Shown: in pieces, positions 1 through 10,500 of the stretch | How the letters are laid out: every line of letters starts with the position of its first letter | Numbering within the stretch: position 1 is the first letter of the stretch | Source of the DNA: Ruminococcus sp. CAG:254 | Lineage (GTDB): Bacteria > Bacillota > Clostridia > Oscillospirales > Ruminococcaceae | Assembly (NCBI GenBank): GCA_000433635.1 | Contig: HF997977.1 | Location: forward strand, 129,882 to 193,881 | Length of the DNA: 64,000 nucleotides | Reading direction: 5' to 3' | The notes under the pieces: model-generated | What the model was told of the DNA's origin: nothing | The model's input: only the letters and a program-made list of their open reading frames with translations | The model's database searches: none | Program-made: the position numbers and the translations under genes

Positions 1-738
1 GCCAACATACCGGAAATGATGCGGCATATAGTCCACACCAGTGATACTGGTTTTATCGTCCGGATACCGCAGAATAAAGCCATAATACCAGCAGTTTGCA
101 ACCATCCATTCATTCCGCTTTGTCAGGTAGGCAACGACTTCGCCCGTGGAGGTAATCAAGCCGATATCAAACGTGTAACCGCTGCTGCGTTCTGCAAGAA
201 CATTGGTATACAAGCTGTCAGAATCGGTATTGGTTACGCTGGTGCTGTGAATCTGCAAGTTTACTGTCCCCTGAGAAGCCTGATATGCATCAAACAGATT
301 GATAAGCGGATTCCGCATTTCTGTCTGGAACGTCAGAGATTCAGAACGTGGCTTTAAAGACGTGTCAGAAAGTGTAGAAAAGTCCGTAAAGTCCGTTTTT
401 CCAGAGTAAGGGCAAGTGTTGCTGACCATGACTAGAGAGCCATTGTGCAGATCCGAATCGGAAAGTGTAATGGTATCATAATTCGGGTCGTCATTTTTTG
501 TGGTAGCAACGGTTTCATTGTCCTTTTTGTTGCCTTTTGCCTCTGTTGGCTTGTCAGTTGCCTCTGGAATGCCGTTGTTGGTGTCGGTTGAGAACGTGCC
601 CTCACTGACAACATAAGTGACATTCGCCCGTGTAACCGTTCGGACAACAAAATCAATGACTAAAATCAAACAGATTAAACAGGCAAGAGCGATCACAACG
701 CTGACAATTTGCGGCCGCTTTTTGGTTTTCTGTTTCAC
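1..738 (-). CDS. VanY-like (peptidase M15B family) D-alanyl-D-alanine carboxypeptidase, membrane-anchored, C-terminus beyond window start
   Basis: GTG start at 738 with AAGGAG RBS 8 nt upstream. N-terminal TM segment VVIALACLICLILVI. C-terminal VanY signature WYYGFILRYPDDKTSITGVDYMPHHFRYVG, translated by hand from 120..1. Absent from the ORF track because it has a GTG start and runs off the edge. Confidence 0.55.
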   Translation of the reverse strand, partial: MKQKTKKRPQIVSVVIALACLICLILVIDFVVRTVTRANVTYVVSEGTFSTDTNNGIPEATDKPTEAKGNKKDNETVATTKNDDPNYDTITLSDSDLHNGSLVMVSNTCPYSGKTDFTDFSTLSDTSLKPRSESLTFQTEMRNPLINLFDAYQASQGTVNLQIHSTSVTNTDSDSLYTNVLAERSSGYTFDIGLITSTGEVVAYLTKRNEWMVANCWYYGFILRYPDDKTSITGVDYMPHHFRYVG

Positions 739-752
739 GTTTCCATCTCCTT

Positions 753-1988
753 TTATTCATAGAGTTCCGAGGAAGATTCTTCTGGGTCAGTGGCTTCTGT
801 ATCGCCATTGCCATAAAGGTCTTCGCTGCTGGAATCAAGTTCTGTTTCTGCATCTGATGCGGTTTCTGTGCTGTCTGAATCATCAGATGAATCTGTAGTG
901 GTTGCTTCTGTTGGCGGGTAGGTTGTTTTTTCCAGATGGGTTGGCATTTCATAACCGCCATTGACCAGCCCATACATCGCAAAGCTATCAAAAACAGGGT
1001 TCATTTCTGTCGGGGCATATGCTGTTACAACAACATATTCATTCCCATCTACTGCGGTTGCATAGCTTGCAAGGCACTGCATTGCCTGATCCGTAAAGCC
1101 CGTTTTTCCGCCGATGATGGTCATGTTTTTTACTTCGTTGCCATACATCCGCTTATACATGGTGCTCAGTAAAATCATACCATTTGGATGCTGTTGGGTG
1201 GAAGTGGTGCGATATTCAACACTGCCGAGAATCTGCCGGCAAGTTGGATTTTCCATAGCCGCTTTCATCAAAATGGCAATGTCCAATGCAGTAGAGTAAT
1301 GATTTTCATCGTGCAAACCAACAGCATTTGTGAAGTGTGTGTGATTCATACCAAGAGCTTTTGCTTTCTGGTTCATCAGAGCAACAAAGGTTTCTTCATT
1401 GCCAGAAACATAATCTACAATTGCCATGGTTGCATCTGCACCGGACGGCAGAGCCATACCATATAAGAGGTCAGTAATGGAAACGGTTTCGCCGGATTCA
1501 AAACCAGCCCGAGCAGCTTCCTGTTCAATCAGTGGGGCAATCAATTCATAGGTTATGGTGTAAGTATCATTGAAATCCTTGATATTTTCAACTGCAACCA
1601 ACAAGGACATCAACTTTGTCATAGATGCCGGATACATTTTCTGTTCGCAGTTGCGGTCAGCCAAGATTTGATTGTTTTTGACATCTAGCAGCACAGCATA
1701 TTTGCTGTAAATGTTGTTTTCTGTCAGTTTCTTTTCATCCTTCGCATATTCAGGATAATTGTCAATCACCATCGAACCATCACTGGCTTCACTATAGGAA
1801 ATATCTGTGATGGGCTGTGCAATCATGCTGCCGCTGCCGGAGGAGGTTGCCGTACTTTGTACGGGGTCGCCTCGAAAGACTTCGGAGAGAATGACGGTCA
1901 ATAAAACGATGAGAAATAATCCGCCTGCAATCGTACCCAATAGGGGAATCCAATTGATTTTACCTGTATATTTGTTGCGAAAGACCAT
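753..1988 (-). CDS. dacF: serine-type D-Ala-D-Ala carboxypeptidase (PBP5/DacF-like, peptidase S11) with acidic low-complexity C-terminal tail
   Basis: SxxK motif ASMTKLMS and KTG motif GGKTGFT. N-terminal membrane anchor. S/D/E/T-rich tail. RBS GAGGTG upstream. Confidence 0.8.
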   Translation of the reverse strand: MVFRNKYTGKINWIPLLGTIAGGLFLIVLLTVILSEVFRGDPVQSTATSSGSGSMIAQPITDISYSEASDGSMVIDNYPEYAKDEKKLTENNIYSKYAVLLDVKNNQILADRNCEQKMYPASMTKLMSLLVAVENIKDFNDTYTITYELIAPLIEQEAARAGFESGETVSITDLLYGMALPSGADATMAIVDYVSGNEETFVALMNQKAKALGMNHTHFTNAVGLHDENHYSTALDIAILMKAAMENPTCRQILGSVEYRTTSTQQHPNGMILLSTMYKRMYGNEVKNMTIIGGKTGFTDQAMQCLASYATAVDGNEYVVVTAYAPTEMNPVFDSFAMYGLVNGGYEMPTHLEKTTYPPTEATTTDSSDDSDSTETASDAETELDSSSEDLYGNGDTEATDPEESSSELYE

Positions 1989-2084
1989 AATGACACCTCT
2001 GAATTTGATGAAATCGTTTTAAAATAGGGGATTGTGTTTCAATTTTGCAGAAAGTTGCGAAATTGCCTCAATACACCATGTTAA

Positions 2085-2112
2085 TTATAATACAGAAAAC
2101 CTCGTTTGTCAA
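2085..2112 (-). promoter_or_regulatory. sigma-A promoter TTGACA-16-TATAAT upstream of the carboxypeptidase gene
   Basis: Minus-strand TTGACA (2112..2107) and TATAAT (2090..2085), about 95 nt upstream of ATG 1988. Confidence 0.45.
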
Positions 2113-2149
2113 TAGCAAGGGGAACGCTGTTTTTAGAAATTCGACAGAA

Positions 2150-2186
2150 GAATAGAAAGAAGCGGCAGGGAAATTCTGCCGCTTCG
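2150..2186 (-). terminator. rho-independent terminator after the ABC/DUF4340 operon
   Basis: Inverted repeat gaagcggcag...ctgccgcttc followed by a T-run on the minus strand. Confidence 0.5.
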
Positions 2187-2208
2187 TAAGATTTTGAACG
2201 CAATCTGC

Positions 2209-3612
2209 TTATTCGGTCATGCCGATTGTCTTTTCCAGACGATGGTAGAACTCTAAGATACCATTTCTGGAGGTAAAGGCGGTGCGTTTTGCAAGGAATC
2301 CGGAATATTCGCCATTTCGCAAAACATAATAGGATTCTTTATCCTTTGCCAAGAATGTAATGACTTCGGTTGTACCGTCTTTCAGGTTGTAAGTCAATGT
2401 AATTTCGGGTTCTTCTTCCGTTGGAACATTATCTGTCAAGTCCAGTGTGGAAGTGGTAAGACCGGTTAAGTTGTCATACAAGGTGGTCAATGCATCCACT
2501 GCATCTGTTCCCAGTGCAGCGACATCAATATCATTGACAGTGTACTGTTTGTTTTCGGAATTCAGTTCCATATTCAAATCGGTTTCACCGTCAATATGAA
2601 CTTGAACAGAAGCAACATCTGCCATATCGGCATCATAAATGACATCGCTCAGGAAATCCGCTGGTTCTGCCAACAGGAAACTAATATAATTTGCAGCACA
2701 ATAGAAAATCTGTCCGGTTTCCTTTTGCAGGCATTCTACAAACTGTGCGGATTCTGTGTCATAATCCTTTGCATAGATGGTAGTTTCCGTGCCGTCCTCC
2801 TGCGAGAAATAGAAGGTATAAGCAGGGTCATCGAACCCATATTCTGCATATTGGTCTTCTGTAACATGTTCTTCGCCGAACTTATCAATAATCAACTGCA
2901 TGATATTAGTTTGCAGGTTGTTGATGTTCAGAACATTGACAAAATCCGATTCAATCGGGCTGACCATTTTCCAAGAAGTTGCATCTTTTTTCTTCAAATC
3001 AAAAACAGTTTCGCCATTGTGAATCAATTTCATCTGGTCAATCTGGGAATTCTGATTGGTCTGCACATAAATGCTCTTGAGAGAATTTTTGTTTGGGCGG
3101 AGGTAATCGCCATATTTGGCTTCTACCAAGAAAACATCGTCAGATTTGTCAGACATTATATAATAGTACTCCTTCGTTGCGGTGAGTTTTCCCGTATATA
3201 GTGTACGGGAACCATCATCTGTGGAAAGGGTAATGGTATAGGGGTTGTCCAACTCATATTGTTTTTTGATGTCCTCGGTTGCAACGCCTAAATTTTCTGT
3301 AGCAGTCAGGTTGCAGAGCGAACCAGCAACAGAGTTCAAGAAGTAAACATTGATATGGAAATCGGTGTCTTCTGTCAATTCCCAGACATTGCTTTCTGCT
3401 CCGATCACAGCGGTGTAATCATCGCCATCTGGTGTTTGAATTTCAATCTTGTTGATGTTGGAAGAATTAAAATCCACCAACTGCAATGCAGCAGCGTCTT
3501 CCGATTCTTTTTTTTGTTTTTCTTGGTTGTTGTTCCGAACGAACAAATAAGCTCCCAACGTAATTGCAACCAGCAAAACCAGCGAAAGAATCACAATCAC
3601 TTGTTTTTTCAT
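2209..3612 (-). CDS. DUF4340-like secreted/membrane-anchored protein (GldG-associated)
   Basis: N-terminal signal/anchor MKKQVIVILSLVLLVAITLGAYLFV. Sits immediately downstream of a gldG-like gene, as typical for DUF4340. Confidence 0.55.
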   Translation of the reverse strand: MKKQVIVILSLVLLVAITLGAYLFVRNNNQEKQKKESEDAAALQLVDFNSSNINKIEIQTPDGDDYTAVIGAESNVWELTEDTDFHINVYFLNSVAGSLCNLTATENLGVATEDIKKQYELDNPYTITLSTDDGSRTLYTGKLTATKEYYYIMSDKSDDVFLVEAKYGDYLRPNKNSLKSIYVQTNQNSQIDQMKLIHNGETVFDLKKKDATSWKMVSPIESDFVNVLNINNLQTNIMQLIIDKFGEEHVTEDQYAEYGFDDPAYTFYFSQEDGTETTIYAKDYDTESAQFVECLQKETGQIFYCAANYISFLLAEPADFLSDVIYDADMADVASVQVHIDGETDLNMELNSENKQYTVNDIDVAALGTDAVDALTTLYDNLTGLTTSTLDLTDNVPTEEEPEITLTYNLKDGTTEVITFLAKDKESYYVLRNGEYSGFLAKRTAFTSRNGILEFYHRLEKTIGMTE

Positions 3613-3633
3613 AATCGCTTCCTCCGTTTCCGC

Positions 3634-5103
3634 TTAACTGTTCCGCCGTTTTACCCAAACGCCAACACCAATGATAATGATAGCGACTGGCAGAGCAGCA
3701 AAGACAATCATCAGCGAACGAGCAGAATTTGCATCCGGCAGGGAAATTTCATCGTAAACAGTGGATTTGCTGTCAATGCCCATATCCACATCGGTATCAT
3801 ACATCCAGCTAATGGTACTCAGATACAGATAAACAGCAACGATGTACCGGCTGTCCTGCAAATGGGTATCATCCAAGAAATCAGCGTTTCCGAAGACTGC
3901 CAGCTTTGCGTTGTTTTTGGTGTTGCTCTGGGAATAACCAGCCAGCATCAATTCGCTGTTGGTGATTTTTTTCGTGTCATATGCACCGCCATTCGGTTCA
4001 CCAACTGCGGTATCATTGGTGGTCAGCAGTTCTGCGGTGGTAAGTGTGCCAGTGGTGTCTGTATCAAAGTAGAAACTTCTGGAGTTCGTCATATACGGAA
4101 CTAAGCCCTGATTTATCAGAGAAGAAGTCAGGTCAGCCGCTTCGCTGTCACTGCTCAGTTCGACCAGATTACATTGAATGGTGCTGTCATCGCCGGAAAC
4201 GTGCATGGAAGCATCGGTTTCCTTTACGGTGTCATAGTCCATGATAATGCTGAATTCTTCCATAATCAAATCCAAGTTGGTATAGTTGAATTTTCCGGCA
4301 TTCGGGGACATCAGCAGGGAGAGATTACCGCCGTCGTTCAAATAAGCGTCCAGTTTTTCTTTGTCACTGTCTGAAATATCAGAAGTTGGAGCAGCCACCA
4401 AAACCATCGCTGCATCACTCGGAACAGCATCTACATCAGAGAGCAGCAGGGATTTTGCAGCATAGTTGTAGTTTTGCAGGTTCTTTTTAAATTGTGTGTA
4501 GTTGTCATCTGCGGACTTTTCACCATGTCCAGTCAGGAAGTAAACAGTCGGTGTGAAGCCATCTACAACGGATTTGATTGCACCCGTCAGGATGTTTTCG
4601 CCGTTGAATGTCTGAGAAACAGCGTTGCCGTTGTCATCGCTATTGGTCGTGTACATGGTGTTGCCCGGGATTCGCTTTTTGGTGTCGCCGCAAACCAGCA
4701 CCATATCACCAGTGTTCAGCGTCAGAGCATTATCTGGATTGATTTTTTCCATGGTAGCTTCATCGCTGTTCGGGTCAATATCAATGAGATTGATGCAGTC
4801 ATGCTCATCATATTCTTTCAAAGCCCGATAGAGTGCCAGTGTATCCACGCTGTCTTTGATGTCATCCATCTTTGCGAGCACATAAAAGTCAATTTTTGTG
4901 CCGTTTTGGTCGAGTTCATCCAAATAAGCAGTGGTAGTTTTGCCCAAGCTGTATTGTTTATTTGGAGAAACGTCCCAGCCCAAATCCAATTGCGAAACAA
5001 TCATATTTAAAATGACTGCAATCACAATGACCAGAACCGCCATAATCCAAGCGATGCTGGAAAACTTTTTGTTTTTAAAATTGTGAAACTTTTTTTCTTC
5101 CAT
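3634..5103 (-). CDS. gldG: GldG-family ABC-transporter auxiliary component
   Basis: N- and C-terminal TM anchors with a large extracytoplasmic domain. Sits in an operon with an ABC ATPase and an ABC-2 permease. Confidence 0.65.
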   Translation of the reverse strand: MEEKKFHNFKNKKFSSIAWIMAVLVIVIAVILNMIVSQLDLGWDVSPNKQYSLGKTTTAYLDELDQNGTKIDFYVLAKMDDIKDSVDTLALYRALKEYDEHDCINLIDIDPNSDEATMEKINPDNALTLNTGDMVLVCGDTKKRIPGNTMYTTNSDDNGNAVSQTFNGENILTGAIKSVVDGFTPTVYFLTGHGEKSADDNYTQFKKNLQNYNYAAKSLLLSDVDAVPSDAAMVLVAAPTSDISDSDKEKLDAYLNDGGNLSLLMSPNAGKFNYTNLDLIMEEFSIIMDYDTVKETDASMHVSGDDSTIQCNLVELSSDSEAADLTSSLINQGLVPYMTNSRSFYFDTDTTGTLTTAELLTTNDTAVGEPNGGAYDTKKITNSELMLAGYSQSNTKNNAKLAVFGNADFLDDTHLQDSRYIVAVYLYLSTISWMYDTDVDMGIDSKSTVYDEISLPDANSARSLMIVFAALPVAIIIIGVGVWVKRRNS

Positions 5104-5109
5104 CGTGCA

Positions 5110-5838
5110 TTACCTCCGGCTCCAACGTCTTTTTTCTACAGAAATCACAGTAAGAATCAGGAACACTGCAATTTCCGTGCAGTAAGCGAACAAATCCGAT
5201 ACCTGCATATAGCCGTTTGAGAATGTGATAAACTTTTGCTGATTGGAGAGCCAGTGCAGCAGGTCGGACAAAATCGGAAGGTTAGAGAAAAAGGAATAAG
5301 TACCAATGTTGTCCATCAGCAGCAAGATGATGATAGCAGCTTCGCTCATAATGATGGAAAGAATAATGGATTCTGTGAAAGAAGAAATCAGAATGCCCAG
5401 TGCAATGCAGACCAGACCAAACAGATAGAATCCCACATAAGTACAAATTAAATTTGCCAGAATGACATGACCGTTTAAAGCGGTAACAATCGGGTAGAAT
5501 AAAGAAACTGCCAGCATAATCAGGAAGATGGTAGCAGTTGCCAGGAACTTCGCCAGTACGATTTTAGTAACACTAATCGGACTGGAGAGCAAGAGCACTT
5601 CTGTTCCATTCTTTCGTTCTTCCGAAAAGCTTCGCATCGTCAGAACGGGGAACAAAATAGCAAGATAAAACAAGTTCGTGTAGAACAAAGATGTGAATGA
5701 GAATTCATAGAGAGAAGATGCAGCAGAAATATCCATAATCATCGTCAGCGAGAATGTCAGCGTGAAGAATGCCAACACCGCATACGCTGCCGGTGAAAGG
5801 AAATAGCTCTGTAATTCCTTTTTATAAAGTGAAAACAT
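5110..5838 (-). CDS. ABC-2 family permease (GldF-like)
   Basis: About 6 TM helices in 242 aa, directly downstream of the ATPase. Confidence 0.7.
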   Translation of the reverse strand: MFSLYKKELQSYFLSPAAYAVLAFFTLTFSLTMIMDISAASSLYEFSFTSLFYTNLFYLAILFPVLTMRSFSEERKNGTEVLLLSSPISVTKIVLAKFLATATIFLIMLAVSLFYPIVTALNGHVILANLICTYVGFYLFGLVCIALGILISSFTESIILSIIMSEAAIIILLLMDNIGTYSFFSNLPILSDLLHWLSNQQKFITFSNGYMQVSDLFAYCTEIAVFLILTVISVEKRRWSRR

Positions 5839-5854
5839 GATGGGGTGAACCTCC

Positions 5855-6907
5855 TTATTGATCCGTATGCGGATGATGGTTGGAATCGTCTTGCTTGTCC
5901 GTGGATTCTTGTTCGGTGTCGTCTGCTTCCAATTCCTTTAAAAGTGCCTGCATGGAAGAACGCTGTTCCGAACTGGACGACTGGTTGACCAACTTGACGA
6001 ATACCTGTTCGAGGTTCTTCTTCTGTTCTTTTACTTCCAGCACATCGAACTTTTTGACCAGCAGAGCTGCCAGCAGGGAATTCCGGATGTCACTGCTCTG
6101 CAATTCCACATCATAAGTATAGATACCAGTTTTGAAACGGGAAATATTGGAAACATTGCGAACGCCGTCCACCTGCCGCATGGTAGCAGCCACTTCCTGC
6201 GAACCGCCCTTGACCTTGAGGTGTAAAATCGGGTTGGTGTCTGCCCGTTCTTCGAGGTGGTCAATGGTATCCACTGCCCGAATCTCTCCTTTGCTAATGA
6301 TGACGACTCGGTCACAGACAGCACTGATTTCACTCAGAACGTGAGAGCTTAAAATAATCGTATGATCCTGTTTCAATTCCAGAATCAGATTCCGGACTTC
6401 AATGACCTGTTCCGGGTCAAGACCAACAGTCGGTTCGTCTAAAATCAAAACATCCGGTTCGCCCAGCAGTGCCTGTGCAAAGCCAACACGCTGCCGATAA
6501 CCTTTCGAGAGGTTGCGAATCAGACGACCTGCAACATCGGTAATCCGCAGGCGATCCATTGCCTTTGCAACTTGAGCCTTGCGTTTCACGCCCGGAACGC
6601 CTTTCAGCCCAGCAACAAATGTCAAATATTCCTTAACTTTCATATCTGGATAAACTGGCGGAATTTCCGGCAGGAATCCGATGTGGCGTTTTGCCTTGAT
6701 CGGATCTTTTGCAATGTCAAAGCCATTGATGGTGACCGTGCCGGAGCTGGACGGGATGACACCGCAGATGATATTCATTGTGGTGGATTTTCCCGCACCG
6801 TTCGGCCCTAGAAAGCCGAGGATTTCGTGATCTTCTACGGTAAAGCTGATGTTTTTCACAGCGGCTTTTTGCCCGTAGTATTTGGTTAGGTTTTTGATTT
6901 CAACCAT
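5855..6907 (-). CDS. ABC transporter ATP-binding protein (GldA-like) with C-terminal extension
   Basis: Walker A GPNGAGKSTT, signature LSKGYRQRV, Walker B ILDEPTVGLD. About 120-aa acidic C-terminal extension. Confidence 0.85.
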   Translation of the reverse strand: MVEIKNLTKYYGQKAAVKNISFTVEDHEILGFLGPNGAGKSTTMNIICGVIPSSSGTVTINGFDIAKDPIKAKRHIGFLPEIPPVYPDMKVKEYLTFVAGLKGVPGVKRKAQVAKAMDRLRITDVAGRLIRNLSKGYRQRVGFAQALLGEPDVLILDEPTVGLDPEQVIEVRNLILELKQDHTIILSSHVLSEISAVCDRVVIISKGEIRAVDTIDHLEERADTNPILHLKVKGGSQEVAATMRQVDGVRNVSNISRFKTGIYTYDVELQSSDIRNSLLAALLVKKFDVLEVKEQKKNLEQVFVKLVNQSSSSEQRSSMQALLKELEADDTEQESTDKQDDSNHHPHTDQ

Positions 6908-6985
6908 AAAAATCTCCTTTCCGCATATTCGGAATGATACCGAAAAGCACTCCTATTTATTATTGCAAAAAAACTTGTATATGTC

Positions 6986-7031
6986 ATGGACGAATTGTAA
7001 TCATTATATTAAAATCGGGGAAAACTGATAA
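6986..7031 (-). promoter_or_regulatory. candidate promoter for the ABC operon (TTATCA-17-TATAAT)
   Basis: Minus-strand TATAAT at 7008..7003 with an imperfect -35. Confidence 0.25.
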
Positions 7032-7261
7032 ATTCCCTGAAAAAGTGCCCGTGAAAATCGTGCGGATTTTGGAAATTCTGTGCCAATGGTATCATAACAA
7101 CCTTATGTGGGCGTTTTGTGAAAGGTCAGCGGAAATCAGAAAAAATTCCGCAAATTCCAAGAAATCTGAAAAAACAGGGACAAAGTATGGTCAATTTATA
7201 CAAACGGGTTTCCTTAATTATGGGCAAAACGCTGAAAAAACCGTTTCTTTTGTCATAAGGG

Positions 7262-7290
7262 TTGACAATCAAAAGGGCTTGGGGTATAAT
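7262..7290 (+). promoter_or_regulatory. perfect consensus sigma-A promoter TTGACA-17-TATAAT for the GH48 cellulase
   Basis: TTGACA 7262-7267, 17-nt spacer, TATAAT 7285-7290. Leaves an approximately 210-nt 5' UTR. Confidence 0.7.
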
Positions 7291-7335
7291 TTGAATATAA
7301 AAGTGGACGCATTGTGTGTGGATTTTGTGAAAAAA

Positions 7336-7378
7336 TGTGAATGCACAACTGTAACGGTTGTGTGCAGTTCTTTTTCTG
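7336..7378 (+). promoter_or_regulatory. terminator-like hairpin plus U-tract inside the GH48 5' leader (possible attenuator)
   Basis: gcacaac(tgtaacg)gttgtgtgc followed by agttctttttctg. Confidence 0.3.
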
Positions 7379-7500
7379 CTTGTCAGAGCGGACACACCGG
7401 TACCGTACCGATGAAAGGATGCGTGTTCTGGGAAACGCACATGCCGGCTACAAAACCATTTTTACTTTATATTCTATTTCTTGAAAGGGGAAATTTTTCC

Positions 7501-10500
7501 ATGCAGTTTAAGAAGAACAAAACTGTTCTGGCAGCGATTCTTGCTGCTGCAATGGCATGCAGTGCAATTGTTCCGACTGCTGCTTCCGCAGCAGGCACCA
7601 GAACAAAGGCAGAAGCATACGGCGATAAGACCTATGCAGCACGATTCATGTCTTTGTATGATGACGTAATCACAAACGGTGTTCAGAATGGCTATATGTC
7701 CAGCACTTCTACCGTTAGCGGCGGTCTGGGTGTACCGTATCACTCGGTTGAAACCCTCTGTATCGAAGCTCCGGACTACGGTCATGAAACCACTTCTGAA
7801 GCTTTGTCCTACTTGGTATGGACCGCAGCAATGCGTGATAACATCGTAAATAAGGCAAACAAGGGCGAAATCACCGTTAAGGGTGAAAAGGATGCCGCTT
7901 CCGAAACCGTTGGTGATACCGCAAAGGCTTGGAAGACCATGGAAGCTACTTTGATTCCGGATACACAGGCTGGCATCATGCAGAAGCAGCAGCTGAGTGC
8001 AACCTACAGCGATGAATGGGAACAGATTGAACTGTATCCGACCGACATGCTGAACGGCAACAACGCTGTAAACCCGATTCACCAGTACTTCACAAGTGCA
8101 TACGGCAGCGATAAGGGCTTGTACCTGATGCACTGGCTGGCTGACGTAGATGACTGGTATGGCTTTGGTGCTGGTACTTCTTCTCAGTACAAGCAGCAGA
8201 ACGTAAGCGGTTCTTTCACCATGATCAATACTTTCCAGCGTGGTGAACAGGAATCTTGCTGGGAAACCATTCCGCATGCTTGCGTAGAAGAACTGAAGTT
8301 TGGTATTCAGAACGGTCAGGAAGGCAGCACTCGTATCGGCGGTATGAAGGGCTTCTTCAACACCGAACAGAAGGTTGCTCAGCAGTATTCTTACACCAAC
8401 GCACCGGACGCAGAAGACCGTGCAATTCAGGCTGTATACGCTGCAAACAGATGGGGCGTTGCTGATCAGAGCGTTGACTCCAAGTGGGGCGGCTCTCAGA
8501 AGCTGGATGTTCTGGCTGCTAAGATGGGTGACGAAACCAGAAACAATATGTTCGATAAGTACTACAAGACCATTGGTACAACCAACAAGTGGGATACTTC
8601 CAACAGCAATGGTCAGTATTACCTGATGAACTGGTATACTTCTTGGGGCGGTGCTCTGGATGGCTCTTGGGCATGGCAGATCGGTTGCTCGCACGCACAC
8701 GAATTCTACCAGAACCCGCTGGCTGCTTATGCACTGGCATATGACACCAACCTGAGCTCCAACATGAAGGCACAGGGTGCTGTAGAAGACTTCAAGAAGT
8801 CCTTCCAGACACAGATGGAATACTACCTGTGGCTGCTGTCTAATGACGGCGTAATCGCTGGTGGTAGCACCAACTCTGTAAATGGTCGTTATGAAGAACA
8901 CAGCAAGAATGTATCTGGTACTTCTGAATTCAACAAGATGGTTTATGTTGAACACCCGGTTTATGCTGACCCAGGTTCGAACCACTGGATCGGTAACCAG
9001 GTATGGGCTGTTCAGCGTCTGGCTGAATTGTACTATGTTGTTAAGACACAGGGCGATGCAAGCGGCATCTCTGTTGGCGGTATGGATCTGACTACTGCTC
9101 TGGAAACCATTCTGGACAAGTGGACAGGCTGGTTCCTCGACAACTCCATTTTGGGTAAGGCAAGCGGAACCATCACATTTGAAGATTATTATGAAAAGTA
9201 TCATGCAACAGATGGCACTGGCAAGACCAAGTTTGAAATTCCGGATCTGAGCACGGTTACCGATGATGGCACAAGCTTCTCGATTCCGTCCAGCTTGATC
9301 TGGTCTGGCGAACCGAATTCTTGGACAGGCACATATCAGGAAAATACCAACCTGAAGGCAACCATCGTTGGCTATGGCGACGGCGACCTCGGATGCGTAT
9401 CTTCTCTGGCAAACACTTTGATTTACTATGCAGCAGGTCGTGGCGTTTCTGCAAGTGATCTGGCAACTGGTGAAGCTTCTTATAAGTCCAGCAGAGGTAC
9501 AAAGAGCACTGATATGAAGGATCGTGCAGCACAGTCCCTGTATCTGGCAAAGGAACTCCTCGACAGAGAATGGAACAAGTATCGTGACGATATTGGTCTG
9601 GGCGTTTCTGACCACAACACCAACTTGACACGTTTGTGGGAAACCAAGCTGGTTCTGCCGAATGGTCAGCGTACAAATGGTCAGGGCAAGACTCTGGCTA
9701 AGGGCGATTACACCGGTAAGATGCCGAACGGCGACCTGATTCAGGACGGCGTAGCATTCGTTGATATTCGTTCGAACTACAAGAGCGATCCGATGTATCT
9801 GGAAGCTGAAAAGTACTATCAGCAGGATGGTAACACCGATAATTATTACTTCACACTGCACAGATTCTGGCATGCTGGCGACATCATGATGGCTCTGGGT
9901 ACTATGTCTGAAGTATATCCGGATCTGACTCCAGATCCGACTGAAGATCCAGATGCTCCGGTTGTAACACCGTCTGAAGTAACCGTTAAGGTTGGCGAAA
10001 CCAAGGATCTGACCGTTGATCAGACTGGTTGCGACTTTAAATCTGACGATGATAGCATCGCTTCCGTTTCTAAGGATGGCACTATCACTGGTGTAAAGGA
10101 AGGTAAGACTACCATCACTGTAACCAACAAGGATGGCAAGTCCACCACTGTAACTGTTACTGTAACAGCTGCAACTACAACAGAAGCTACTACAACAAGC
10201 GAAGCTACAACCACTACAGGTGCAAAAACTACAACAACTGCTGGCGAAACTACTACAGTTGACCCGAATGCAGATAACATCGGTGACGTAAACCTGGATG
10301 GTGTTGTAGACATCGCTGACGCTGTAACATTGAACAAGTATCTGGCTGGCGTTGTACAGCTGAGCGATCAGGCTCTGCGGAACGCTAACTGCGATCAGAG
10401 CCCGAGCGATATCGATAACATCGGCGACAAGGATACTACCGCTTTGGTAAGATTCGTTCTGAACGTAGAAGGCTATCAGGATCTGCCGTTCATGGGTGAA

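Noticed and set aside
16-357. 113-aa plus-strand ORF at the window start
   Set aside because: Antisense to the hand-translated VanY-like CDS, whose frame carries a strong family signature. No RBS.
6934-7500. 5' extension of the GH48 ORF (track start 6934)
   Set aside because: Reads through the consensus promoter and leader. The signal peptide and RBS-preceded ATG are at 7501.
7474-9873. 799-aa minus-strand ORF
   Set aside because: Lies entirely antisense to the GH48 gene. Cys/Arg-rich low-complexity translation typical of an antisense frame. No motifs.
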